This document shows, in pieces, positions 50,668-64,000 of a DNA stretch of 64,000 nucleotides. The stretch lies in the NCBI GenBank assembly GCA_951406725.2, contig OX597815.1, positions 182,466,001-182,530,000 on the forward strand, in the 5' to 3' direction. Under the pieces are notes generated by a model that was not told where the DNA came from, searched no databases, and worked only from the letters and a program-made list of their open reading frames with translations. A program made the position numbers and the translations under genes. Every line of letters begins with the position of its first letter. Position 1 is the stretch's first letter. Origin of the DNA: Octopus vulgaris (lineage: Eukaryota).

Positions 50668-51811
50668 AGAGTAGCTTAATTTCTAATTACGGTGAATGTG
50701 AAGAACAAGAGCCACCGATTTTGATCTTTACCTAATCAATACATTCATTAGGAGCGCGTTGTAACTAATTAAATTGCAAATACACCGCTTTCATGGTCAA
50801 ATTATATATAAATTTACATGCATAGGTTAAATAAACATATCTAAGACAAATTGATCCCGGCGTAAGTCGATCGAGATTCTTATCCAATGCTTAATTTATC
50901 GAGTTCGAAAGGATGAAAGACCGAGCAAATTTTGAATGAATTTGTATTCATGTGTAAAAATGTTGCAAATTACTGCAATAATAGCGTTCAAATTTGGCAT
51001 GGGGTCAAGCATTTAAGAAGGAATGGACTTCATCAAATTTCTCACAATCTTTAACCGTTAATTCATTTATGAATTATGAACGGTTTATACTTTATTTTGC
51101 GGACGTTGACGTGGTTTTAAATGAGAGCAAAATTACCGCAAGACATTCCGTGCGGCATTCTAATAAGAATGTCGCTTAGTGTTCTTCACTCAAACAATTA
51201 GACATAGTAAAGTTTAAAACAAATCACTTGTGGAAATCACTGATGGAAAGTGAATGGTAATTATCTTAAGAACCGTGCTACCAATTACAATTACTCGCCG
51301 TTGCTGAATGCAAAAGACACGGACACAAGTAGAACATATAACAAATTCGTAATATGTAAATATAAATAAATTTATATACGACGATGGCGTCACTAGTCGA
51401 AGTTTCAAAGTCACTGTCAACGATATTCTTGTTTAAGAATAATAAATTTGTACACGACAAAAGTGTAGAGTAATCAGATTAATGTAATTTTTTTCAATTA
51501 TAACTGAACAGAAAGCAAATATTTGTACATGTGTGTGTGAGTGTGTGTACGTATGTGTATCAGTGTATATATGTATGTGTAAAAAAATAAAAAATACGTT
51601 CTCATCTGATGATTACAGTTTTTATAATGAGGTAATGTTCTCATTCTTCATCGAAAGTGACGTAAGAGACAGTTGATTGCAATACACCAAGTGAATTTAA
51701 GACTTGTCAGACACATTAGACTATACCAAAAACGTATTGCCTAATGTGACGCGTAACGTGGACAAGCCCCTTAGGGTTGGTTTTTCCCTGTACAAAACCG
51801 AAATATCCTAC

Positions 51812-51847
<36 letters not shown>

Positions 51848-52196
51848 TGAATATAACACTAAATAGCGACGATTAAAATTAATTTGCGTACATTTATGGC
51901 CAATGCGATTGTGTACAGTGAAACGCCATAGGACGTCTATTGCAGTAATTACGTCCGAGTAGATATTCTTGTTTTAGCCTTTGTAAAATCGCATCACGCA
52001 TGCTCTTATGTTCCGCAGTTGGCTGCGATATGCGTCATTCCCTCGTATAATGTTAAAAAACAGAGTATACATCAAAGCTAAGCAGTACTAAACCGTCCTG
52101 GAATTGAATGTGAGCGACAGCTATCCAGATTCTGCAGGTGTAGTTGTTCATCAATGCCGTTAGGCAGTTCCATCCAACACTCACACGCACACGCAC

Positions 52197-52273
<77 letters not shown>

Positions 52274-52464
52274 TGGTATATTTTGTTAAGAACACAGGAG
52301 AGTATGATATAAAATCCGTCCACCTTCAGATATCACCTTATGCTATCCAGGGGTAGTATTATGCGTAATTCCAGGTTTGCGTTTTGATTTCTGTCGTGTG
52401 TGAATAAATAATTGAAAAAAATATGGAGTCAACAAAAAGGAGTACGGCTAGACATTTAATTTCA

Positions 52465-52570
52465 ATTATTACAATTGTTTCTACGCAACGTAGTTCTCCA
52501 GGCATGCAGGTATTTGATTATGCAACTGTTTCCTTGCATTATGAGGTCTAGTTGTGTTTCGTCAGGTGAT
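52465..52570 (-). ncRNA. Degenerate hammerhead motif in an old pLTR-like repeat
   Basis: Minus strand CTGACGA-a-acacaactag...ctacgttgcgt-a-GAAA-caattg-TA; stem I decayed. Confidence 0.5.
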
Positions 52571-52719
52571 ATGTCAATATTGTCTCCGTAAGTTCAAACT
52601 CTCCACGTACGCACGCACACACATATATAAATTCTTCTCTCCTCAAAATAGTTGGCCTTGTGCCCCAGTTTAAAATCATTCCTGATATCATATCATTACA
52701 TTAATGTTTTATATATTAT

Positions 52720-52910
52720 AAACTTTATCACAAGGCCAGAAATTAACGGGGTTTCGACACCAGTTTTTAATTTTTACTCATTTTATCGACTCCGAAGAAT
52801 GAAAGGTAAAGTTAGCCTCTGAAGAATTTGAACAAAGAACCTAAAGACAGACCAAAATCGCTTATGCATTTTCACAGATGTGCAAACGATTCTACCAGCT
52901 CGCCGCGTTA
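52720..52910 (-). mobile_element. Degenerate SINE family A
   Basis: ttttatcgactccgaagaatgaaagg..ccagctcgcc. Confidence 0.7.
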
Positions 52911-54132
52911 AATATTTTATATACTTAATGCCAATTTTATCAATACGTTACACACACGCGCCAGAATTTTTAGTTGTATGTATGTTTGAATCTTTAATAT
53001 ATATATATTAATCAGGTAGTTTCATTTATATGAATATTCTTATAAGATTTTCTTGAATTCTTTAGATTTTAAAGGAAAACTTAAAAGGAAATTATTAACA
53101 CGCACATGTTTCGGTTTCAAAACGGCTTTTCTTTTCTTTCTTTACAGCTTCGCACTCACATTTATAAAACACACTCGTGCTTAAACCTCGATTTTCTAAA
53201 TTGTACCGAGTTTATTATATTTAATAGTAACCTTCAATACTCAATGTATTCTACAATAAATTAGTTAATATTTTGAATAGTATTACATTGGCTTTCTGCT
53301 ATTAATTTCCTTATCTCATGCATGAGCATGACTTGCTAAAGAGGCTATTGATAAATAGTTCTTCAAAGAATGTTATTCCATTCGTAAGACATTTGATATT
53401 AAAATATTTCTCAAGACGTTGCGATAAGTCTGAGTTATTGAGGAAATTTATGAGAATGAAAACAGGAAAGAGAAATTCGAAATGAACAAAAAAAAGAGAT
53501 TCGAAATAAAAAAGAAAAATGAAATGCATATTGTATCTTTTAATCGTTATTCTAAAGATTTTTATAATTTAGGGTATGCACATTATATGATAGAATATAT
53601 TTTATATTTTAACGTAAATATAATTTGTATAGGTATACACAATGCATACTATGTACTTGTGTTACTACACCAAAAACCAGTGTTAAATTTATAATCCTGG
53701 ATTCTGCTGTATCAATATAGAGCATCGATCATAACTCTTATATTCTTTATCTGCTTTAAGAGGGCCTTTTCTTGTACAAACATTCCTTCACCGACAGATA
53801 GCTGGTTCTTGATATATAAAGAGCTGGATGAAGAGGTAGAGTGTACAATCTCACAGATTACTTTTAATAAAATTTCTTTGATTGCTTTCAGAATCACTCC
53901 GAAATATTGTCAAGATTAAAAACATGCAATCGCTGAGTCTAGCATTGTTATAAACAAAAAAAGAATAACATGACAGTAAAAGTTACATTTGTAACAAAGC
54001 TTCTTCCATCCTGTGTAAACAATCATTTCAAATTTTATCCAGCGGCATAAATACACCTTTCGTTCTTATCATCTAAAGCTATATTCCAACCATTGTCATC
54101 ACACATCGTATATGTTCTTTATATATCTTATG

Positions 54133-54177
<45 letters not shown>

Positions 54178-54749
54178 CGTATGTATGTACACACATATGC
54201 TAGAAATGGTTCATGATTCCATAATGCAATCTCTTATCATAACCATTCCTTGCTCTTATACAAAAACAACAACACAATAAACTGATATCATTTCATAAGT
54301 AAATGGACATTCAACTGCATAAAGGAATATAGATAGCCACAAGATTGATTTGCATTAAGTTGCACGCAACATGTATCTTTCGAAGCTCTTACTTGTACAC
54401 ATACAATGCATACAGTTACATCCCTAGCTTTTACTTGGACTGCTAAACCGCCCACGCTGATCCACTTAGCTGACTTCATTCATATTGCCTCTTTCCATGT
54501 GCTCACAACTCTCTCGTCTCTCCTACTTTCGTCAGTCTATTGTGTCAATATCGGGCCCCCAAATTAAGCACTACTGTTCACACACTTCCTCTGAAATTCA
54601 GGCCCATCAAATATTATCCCTGCACCGGATTTTTTTTTTTTTCAGTATCTGACCACTTGCCTTGCAGCTAATCAGCAACATAACTAAATCACTCTCCACC
54701 CACAATTTGCAAATTGTGAAGAGCCTCTGTATCTTTATTCTATATCATA

Positions 54750-54965
54750 TACGGGTTTGAACTGTTAGAACGAGGCGAGCAATTTTTGGCAAGGGATTAC
54801 TTACAGCGCGCCCCGCCCCTATCAGTGCCCTACTTATTTCATCAACCCTGAAAGGGAGGAGAGGCAAAGTCAACCTTAGCTGAATTTGTACTCAGAAAGT
54901 TAAGATGGACGAAATGCCGCTAAGCATTTTGCCCGGTGTGCTAACGATTCTGGCAGCTACCCACC
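54750..54965 (-). mobile_element. Degenerate SINE family A
   Basis: aggcaaagtcaacc..gacgaaatgccgctaagcattttgcccgg. Confidence 0.7.
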
Positions 54966-56629
54966 TTTTTGTTCTATATCATAATTTAAAATATCAAAAT
55001 GCAGAGGTAAAAATGTCCAAGGAATAATAGTCTTACAACATTCGAATTCCGAGTGATCTATAATTAAGTAGAAGAGTGCGCCTGTGATTTTCACATCTCA
55101 TAACTCTGCTTACGCAATCGATAAACGTATATCTGACTGTCAGAGAAATGCGATTGTACCTATGTATTCGATATACTGTCATCTTTATTGATAAGGGAAA
55201 TTCCTATAACGAGCGATGTGCAACACAAGCTGCGGGAGTCGTGGCACGGCTGGAATTAATTTATGACGTAGAGAACAAAATTACAAAACATCAGGTTTCT
55301 TTCTACTGCCTCTCTTGTCTTGCGCACAGCTAACCTTCACTGTTTTGCTCTCTTTCTAATACAGACTTGGCTGGGAAACCCCTACAACCAACCGCGACTG
55401 GGAAAAGCCTTGACTGCAAATCCTTCTCCCTGCCATCCTGGAGAGGGCTCTCATACTTAGCACGCTTTTATTCGTCGGCTTGATCACACCCTTCTTCCAA
55501 AGGGATCGTAAACTTGTTCAAAACTATTTTCTTGACCTTTTGAAACCACAAACCTACACTTGGCTTCAAGGTTATATGAATGACCTGAGAAACTGTAATC
55601 TTTCCCCCAAGTCCACTTTCATATTCCATGACCAGGCCTCATGTAGTAGACTATTATTTGTCCTTCTCGCCATCCTCACTAGTTATTTAAATATAATCTT
55701 TCTTGTATTTTCGTAATAATTTTCATAAATAAAAAGAGAATAGTATTCGGAATTAAAACCGTATATAGATATCGTATATGATATACATACATCCTCAGAA
55801 CCCAAAGTAATCCGCCCCAATTCCATGTGCGTCAATTCCATGCCTATCATAAGAAATATTCCAATAATTCTGAATATAAATGAATCAACTTTTACATCTT
55901 AAAATGCAAAGGAACATGAATTGCTATGAAGTCGTCCGATTCCAGGAAGAAAAGAGAAACAGATGCGCTCTTCTCAATAGTTCTGTTTAACTTTTCAGTT
56001 TCAAATACTTATTTCGTAATTTTATTGCCTATTTTCTATATAATTCTTTATGATAACTACTTTTACATAGTATATCCCTCGCTGCTGTCAATGGGATTCG
56101 CTAATTCACACCAGGAGTTTCTTCAGCTGTCATCATATTTCCATTGTTAAAAACAGAGAATTTATTTATCAGAATACGTAAATTGCGAATAGCAAATGAC
56201 AACCACTTGCCCCGACGAATTGTTCGTAGAGCTGGATTTTATTCAGCTCAGAAACTAAGTTGATACAAAACTTATATATTATATCGCGTAGGACATCGGC
56301 TACTACATATAAATCAAAAGGTGATTGAGAAATGGATGCAAAATTGATGTCGTTTTGAATGTTTATTTATCAAACGGTGAAGGAAAATTAGGAATTCAAA
56401 GTGGTTTGGTTTGTCCACATAATGGCAACATAAAATTCTCGTGAATTCTATGGCAAAATTGCAATGAACTTTCAAATTCTGCCTTCAGCTTCACATTTAG
56501 AAATATATTAAAGCAATACATATTGAATGAGCCGCCGGGAAAAAGTCCTTGTCAATAAGAATTTTATCATAAATTTGACTCTACTTTCAGAATTGAATAC
56601 TCTATAAATAATCGATCTATTTTTAACAT

Positions 56630-56666
<37 letters not shown>

Positions 56667-57323
56667 TTACGGGCATATGTCTATATGATACAAAAGCATG
56701 CGAACTAGTGCTTACAATTTAATTACAACCCGAGTCTCGATAATGATTTAAATTTCCTGGACTAATATCAACAAATTCGTGTTAATTTGTTTAGTACTTT
56801 GCCATAGCACGAACTCCCATGAACTTCAGGCGATTTACCATTATACAGAAACATTTCCTTAGGCTGATTTTGAACTCTTATCATAATAACTAATCTCAGG
56901 AACTTGCATTTTTAAGGTAATTTCTTTAATATTGAAGAAAATTTATAATATGCCAAAAGGAAATATTGCTTGAAAAACTAGTGATTCGAATCTCGAATAG
57001 TATAGCCTTATCAGCCACAATATATCTGCTGAATATCAATTTTTACTTAATGAAGGTCATTAAAAAATTATATTTTACACCTTTGGGCATTAGTATCAAT
57101 AATCATTGTTGCGTATTCCAAGGAATATATATGTAAAAAAAAAAGAAAGAATTTTTACTATTATTATATATCTGATTTAAATTTAGTCATATTTACAATA
57201 ATAAGGAGCGCTTATGTCCTCTTACTGGATTTCGCTACTGCCATATTGGCTGATTGTTTTGTATAGGTTGCTTTTGAGCACTTCTAATGCAAATAGTTAA
57301 TCGTCATCAATTAAGGTGCGATA

Positions 57324-57741
57324 AGGTGGCGAGCTGGCAGAATCGTTAGCACACCGGGCGAAATGCGTAGCCGTATTTCGCCTGCCGTTACGTTCTGAGT
57401 TCAAATTCCGCCGAGGTCGACTTTGCCTTTCATCCTTTCGGGGTCGATAAATTAAGTACCAGTTACACACTGGGGTCGATGTAATCGACTTAATCCGTTT
57501 GTCTGTCCTCTCTGTGTTTAGCCCCTTGTGGGTAGTAAAGAAATAGGTATTTCGCCCGTCGCTATGTTCTGAGTTCAAACTCCGTCGAGGTCGACTTTGA
57601 CTTTCATCCTTTCGGGGTCGATTAAATAAGTACCAGTTACGCAGTGGGGTCGATATAATCGACTTAATCCGTTTGTCTGTTTGTCTGTTTGTCTGTCCTT
57701 GTTTGTCCTCTCTGTGTTTGGCCCCCTTGTGGGTAGTAAAG
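57324..57741 (+). mobile_element. SINE family A dimer
   Basis: Head plus two bodies; junction aaagaaatag|gtatttcg at ~57546; flanking tcaattaag.tgcgata repeat (TSD-like). Confidence 0.92.
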
Positions 57742-58331
57742 TGATCAATTAAGTTGCGATAGCAACAGAGATTTTTCCTGTTACATCCTACCCACGGATC
57801 GTAAAGGAAAAACATTATAATGGGGTTTCGTATCGATATACAGTGATATTCCAGATTTGTTCATTTTTATCATCACTTTCCAATTTTCTAATTCAATATG
57901 GTTCAAACGATTGCTTTCTTCTAGGGCCAATATCTTTGAAACAATAGAACCTGTTCTGTATAGCAGAAGAAAATCGATTAGCTAACCATAATTTTTTAAT
58001 ATGTCATTTAATTGCAAGTTCTCTCCCTAATTTGATTAGCCTGATATCACACTAAAAGGTTATTGCAGTTAACCCTAACCCTAAAATCGTTGCAATATCA
58101 CATAAATCCTAATTTTGTCTAAACTGTTTTACAAATTAATCAATCCCTCAGATGATTTGTATTCTAGCAGAAAAAAAGAAAAAAACATAGTAGCATCTCA
58201 GGTGAAGCCAACAAGACATGCTTATGATGTTAAAGGATTATTCTAAATAATAATATAATTTAGCCTTGCATTACGCAATACTGGAAGCCATAGTTTGGAT
58301 ACAATCACCGAAAATATAAAGCAACAAATAT

Positions 58332-58882
58332 TCTTCTCTACACTAGGCACAAAGCCCGAAATTTTGGAGGAGGGGGAGGCCAGTCGATTAGATCGATCCC
58401 AGTACGCAACTGGTACTTAAGATAACGATCCATGAAAGGATGAAAGGCAAAGTCGACCTCGGCGGAATTTGAACTCAGAACATAAAGACAGACGAAATAC
58501 CTATTTCTTTACTACCCACAAGGGGCTAAACATACAGTGGACAAACAAGGACAGACAAAGGGATTAAGCCGATTACATCGAACGCAGTTCGTAACTGGTA
58601 CTTAATTTATCGACCCCGAAAGGAGGAAAGGCAAAGTTGACCTCGGCGGAATTTGAACTCAGAACGTAACTGCAGACGAAATACCTATTTCTTTACTACC
58701 CACAAGGGGCTCAACACAAAGGAGACAAACAAGGACAGACAGACGGATTAAGTCGATTATATCGACCCCGAAAGAATGAAAGGCACAATCGACCTCGGCG
58801 GATTTGAAATCAGAATGTAGCGGCAGACGAAATACCACTAAGCATTTCTCCCGGCGTGTTAACGTTTCATCGAGCTCGCTGC
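58332..58882 (-). mobile_element. SINE family A trimer
   Basis: Junctions gacgaaatac|ctatttctttactaccc at ~58500 and ~58684. Confidence 0.9.
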
Positions 58883-59819
58883 TTTACAAAGCAACACATA
58901 TTAAAATCGATGCTATAAATAGGCACAGTATATATATGTATATATATATATATATATATACTGTGATAAAATTTGAAATCTTGAACCATATTAGCAGACT
59001 AAAGATATTTACAGAAACCAGGAGAAAAGTGTATACAAAGTGGAGTAATTGGATCGAAAAGTATCTCGACAATTCCGTACGACACCTGGAGTCAAAGTGA
59101 GAAACTTCAAAGATATGGTACCTACTATCTCACTCTGCTTCTCCGCTTCCAGACCAGTCGGCATCTTTATTTCACCTTCGTTGTGTACCAATTACCTCAG
59201 TAATTTTCTCTTCTGAAAAAGCAACTTTTGATCGTTTCCTTTGAAAATGAAATGCACTTGCATACACTCACACATACACACACGCACATACATAGACACT
59301 CAATAAAATTTTGTCTTTATAAAACTTCTCTTTCATATCTTTCATAAACATTATGTGTATATATACATACATACATACTTATATACATACACACGTAAAC
59401 GTGATATATACGATGCAATTTTAAAGAAAGTTTAGCTTAACGCCGTAGACTTTAATAACTTAATTCATTACTAACAGTATAGGAAACTTGAAAAAATGTT
59501 AATTTGGGCCGGGAATTAAGGATTTGAGGGTTAATTTAAAGCATGTTTAAATACATCGTGAAAGGAAACTTGGAATCTCACACAAAATTTGTTTTATTTA
59601 TACAATTTGTTTTATATAAATATACAATTTTCTAGCTCCTACTAGCAAACGAAACACATTTAATAGTGAATAAATAGCAACAGTTGTCTAATCTCCTGTT
59701 TTGATTAAACATTACTCTGCACAATTATTTCCGAGTTTTTTTCCAACTTTTATGCACTCGAATTTCGAATACTGGAATACATAACTCGAATTTTAAACCA
59801 ATCTCCATTTCATAGATCG

Positions 59820-60000
59820 CTAGCCACAACACATTCTTCATTTTCTCTCCTTGTTTCTTTCTGTGTACCTTTCTGTGGAAGAGCGTAGACTCGAAATGCT
59901 AAAGACTTTTTCACTTCCCGAGCGTTAAACTAATACATCTGTTTGCTGTCTACACCACGTATCTTCGTCTTTTGGGTTTTTTTTGGGGGGGAATTTTCCC
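59820..60000 (+). mobile_element. Short repeat with CTGTNGA hammerhead-like motif (copy 3, decayed; motif 59869-59904)
   Basis: cttt-CTGTGGA-a-gagc-gtag-actc-GAAA-tgct-aaag. Confidence 0.6.
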
Positions 60001-60009
60001 CAAATATAT

Positions 60010-60312
60010 ATTCTTTTATTCTTGTATTCTTTTACTTGTTTCATTCATTTGATTGCGACCATACTGTAGCACCGCATTTAGTCGAGCTAATCGACCCCAG
60101 GACTTATTCTTTGTAAGCCTAGTATTTGTTCTATCACACACACACACACGCACACACACATATATATATATACATAGGATTGGCTTCTTTCAGTTTCCCT
60201 CAACCAAATCGACTCACAAGGCTTTGGTCGGTCCAAAGCTATATCAGTGGGACTGAAACCGGAACTATGTGGTTGGGAAGTAAGCTTTTTCGCACAGAGC
60301 CACACCTGCGCC
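60010..60312 (-). mobile_element. SINE family B, internally deleted
   Basis: Reverse-complement head and tail. Confidence 0.75.
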
Positions 60313-60332
60313 TGTATACATACATACATACA

Positions 60333-60412
<80 letters not shown>

Positions 60413-60775
60413 GTACATACATGCATGCATAAGTTTGTATGCACGTGTGTGTGTGTGTGTGTGTGTGTGCGAGATTTTGTGTTTTGTCTGTGTGTATGTA
60501 TATATAGCAGTTGCTCCTGTTAGCAATAATTTAAGACAGAGTTTTACTCGCCTACGTGTAAGCGATGTTCTATGCAAGTGTTGGCATCCTTGAATAGCCA
60601 ACAATACTCAACAACTGATCACCATTAACGAATGCGCCACACAAGCGCCTTGTATACACGTCAGCGTTCACATTATTCACATCCTTTTACAATTAAATTT
60701 GAAGATCATGCGCATCCACCACATACAGTGCGAATTTATAAATACCATGGAGACATTTCTGTATTCTTACGTAGA

Positions 60776-60781
60776 AACACG

Positions 60782-60831
<50 letters not shown>

Positions 60832-60880
60832 TGTGCACATACGTACATATACATATGTAAATATATATACAGATATGTTA

Positions 60881-60926
<46 letters not shown>

Positions 60927-60989
60927 CTTATATACATACACACTCATATATACATATATAAATATATATACATACATATATATATATAT

Positions 60990-61020
<31 letters not shown>

Positions 61021-61235
61021 CATGTATATATATATATATATACATACATATATATATATTTATATACATACATATGTATATATATATACATGGATATATA
61101 TATATATATACATACATACATATATATATACATACATACATATATATATATATACATACATACATATATATATACATACATACATATATATATACATACA
61201 TACATATATATATATATACATACATACATATATAT

Positions 61236-61272
<37 letters not shown>

Positions 61273-61285
61273 CATACATATATAT

Positions 61286-61328
<43 letters not shown>

Positions 61329-61600
61329 TATATACATATATAAATATATACATACATACATATATATATATACATACATATATATATATATACATACATA
61401 CATATATATATATACATACATATATATATACATACATACATATATATATATACATACATACATACATATATATATATATATACATATATATACATACATA
61501 TATATATATATATACATACATACATACATATATATATATACATACATATATATATACATACATACATACATATATATATACATACATACATACATGCATA

Positions 61601-61658
<58 letters not shown>

Positions 61659-61660
61659 GA
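60776..61660. repeat. ~0.9 kb compound (AC)n/(AT)n/(ACAT)n array
   Basis: Direct reading; source of the long YI/MYV ORFs. Confidence 0.95.
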
Positions 61661-62280
61661 TATAATGCACGATGAATTGTGAAACTGGGTAGAAGTGGGG
61701 AGATCATCAAATGAACGGAGATGATTATTTGATTGAAATGATAAATCCCTCTGCTTACAAAATCTTTACGATATTCACATCACAGAACGTTACAAAATAT
61801 TTATTTCATTAATTGAAGCATATTCCTCAAGCGCGCCAGTTTTACCGGACGACCGTTGAATTTAGAGATTCTTCTTATATTCAATCCTAGTTCCCTTTTC
61901 CGTTCGTCCACAAGCGGGTTTCAGAAACTATGAATCTATATTATTCTATAGATGTTTTGGAAAATTCTGCTTTGTATACACATTCACTGCACGTATTTAC
62001 TGAAACGAGTTCTAAAAGATAGAATATTCCGTGCATAAATATTTACAGGAGTTGGATCTAGCAAACTTTGCTAATCTCTAAATTAATTGAATAATACGAA
62101 GTAACCATTGGATGTTGCTATTTTTAATAAAATTGCATGTTTATCATACTGTATACAAGCATAGATATACACATACACGTCCATACATGCATACATATAT
62201 ATATATATATATATTTACACACATCACATGTGTAAATATATATATATATATTTACACACATCACATGACATTATGTGTGT

Positions 62281-62334
<54 letters not shown>

Positions 62335-62964
62335 GTGTGTAAATATATATCTTATAAATGTTTACTTGATGCCAGCAAATATAATATGGCATGCGAAAAG
62401 AACCGCCATATTAACTAGAGTTAATATAATTTCTTCATACATTTCGATACAATATTCAATATATACGAGATATTTTCAATTCTTTAAAGTATTAATTATT
62501 TCGTTACACCTAATTATTGTACAGTCATCAAGAATGAATATTGCTTTACTTCGAAAAGGAACAGTATATTTAGATACAATTAGAATCGTATATTATTCTT
62601 AATTGATATACAATATCTGAAGATGACCATTCACATTTTCCATATTACTAGCTCTCTACAGTTATAAAGATCCTAACCAATTCCATTATACGCTTTCCCG
62701 ATAAATAACGAAAATGTTACTGACAGTATAGTAAGAGAATTAAATATTTAACTGAGTGCACGTTATATAGGAATACACTAGGATCGAAACACGTTTGTTT
62801 TACGAACGAACTTTTTGTGGTGTAATCGATTTTATATTCATTCGAATACACCAGCATCTGCAAGATATGTAGTCAGTGATTATTCTGAGATGGGTAAGAT
62901 AGGGAATATGAACAGCAGAAATAGAAATCAATACATGACATTGGGTAGGTATATTATATTTAAG

Positions 62965-63250
62965 TGGAGGCACATTGCCTAGTGGTTAGGGCAGCGGACT
63001 CGCGGGTTCGAATCTCAGACCGGGCGATGTGAGTATTAATGAGAGAAACATCTGAGCTCCATGCGGCCTCTACAGAAGGTAATGACGAACTTCTGCTGAC
63101 TCTTTCGCCATAACTTTCCCTCACTCTTTCCTCCTTCATCTAGCAGCTCACCTGCGACGGACCGGTGTCCCGTCCAGGTGGGGAACTTATACGCCAAGGA
63201 AACCGGGAAACCGGCCCTTATGAGCCAGGTGTGACTCGAGAAGGAACAAA
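62965..63250 (+). mobile_element. SINE with family C tRNA-Arg-like head and a different 3' body
   Basis: ggaggcacattgcctagtggttagggcagcggactcgcgggttcgaatctc; body cctgcgacggaccggtgtcccgtccagg. Confidence 0.75.
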
Positions 63251-64000
63251 CATATATTTATAGGCAAGATACTACATATTTGATTAAAGAAACTTGTGTT
63301 TCTTAATAACACCTATCTAACGATTACATTTGAAAATAATTAAAAATTTGTAGAAGAAATTACTTGTTCAGTATTAATACGTAAAAATGACGTTGATAAT
63401 GCATAAAATCGTTCCAAAAAAATTGTATTTAATTTTATAGAGAGAGAAGGAAATGTTCTGCATCGTGCGATATTTTAACACTCTTTTCAGAAGATTATAT
63501 TGACAAATGGATTAGATTTGAAATTTCTGATTTGATCTGTCTTGATATGTGATTTGGCCTTTAGGAGCTGATACAGCTTCCCAGCTATAATTAGCTTCAT
63601 ATGTAAGTGCGTGTGTGTTTCAATTTGTTTATGCATGGATATAGATATTTCCATACTTATGAATACACATGGACGCACACACTCACACACACACATATTT
63701 ATATATGTATGTATGTCTATATATATGTACGTGAGTGTATATATAATATATATTTGGTATCTTTTCCTTTTGAACGGCACATGTCAACACAATTTCTAGT
63801 TAACTAAACACTTTAAAACTTCGTATACTGGTAGAATGTGTCAAAATAAAACATTTTTTTCTCTTGGCTTTCTCGATAAAATTGTAATTCGTTTGTTTAA
63901 CAGGAAGCGCGTGTATAAAATTATGGAATTATTTTGTTTGTTAATTGTTTAAATTATTTTCCATTGCTTTCGTTTTAGCCTTCCGTTTTTTTTACACGCG

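Noticed and set aside
51600-51670. CTGATGA...GAAA-gtgacg-TA
   Set aside because: Stem II does not close and the stem III insert is not palindromic
58070-58085. taaccctaaccctaa telomere-like repeat
   Set aside because: Only ~2.5 units; not significant
60693-61710. Long ORFs (up to 325 aa) of YI/MYVC repeats
   Set aside because: Translations of AT/ACAT microsatellite, which lacks stops; the same applies to the poly-I/Y/N and HT/CV ORFs elsewhere

Overview
AT-rich, microsatellite-dense eukaryotic intergenic or intronic DNA. The tRNA-derived SINE families resemble those I associate with Octopus (cephalopod); this is an inference. I found no confident host protein-coding exon; most listed ORFs are microsatellite or SINE translation artefacts. 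The main structure is an apparently young Penelope-like retroelement (PLE; RT + GIY-YIG, Neptune-type Cys linker) forming a ~6 kb head-to-head palindrome. Its arms (11229-13459 and 15010-17240) look identical and enclose a 1.55 kb unique spacer. The spacer holds a basic upstream ORF overlapping the RT frame in -1 at a U-UUU-UUU heptamer. Each arm ends in a pLTR with CCAAT/TATA-like motifs and a variant minimal hammerhead ribozyme. The window holds about a dozen minimal type-I hammerhead-like motifs from at least six repeat families, nearly all with a palindromic stem III. Two smaller head-to-head hammerhead-element pairs repeat the PLE geometry, and one encloses an R4/Dong-like endonuclease fragment. 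Also present: CR1, RTE and REL-LINE relics, Tc1 and mariner relics, MITEs, a Helitron, a HINE, and SINE multimers with one fixed junction. Coordinates were read by eye; degenerate repeat boundaries are approximate.
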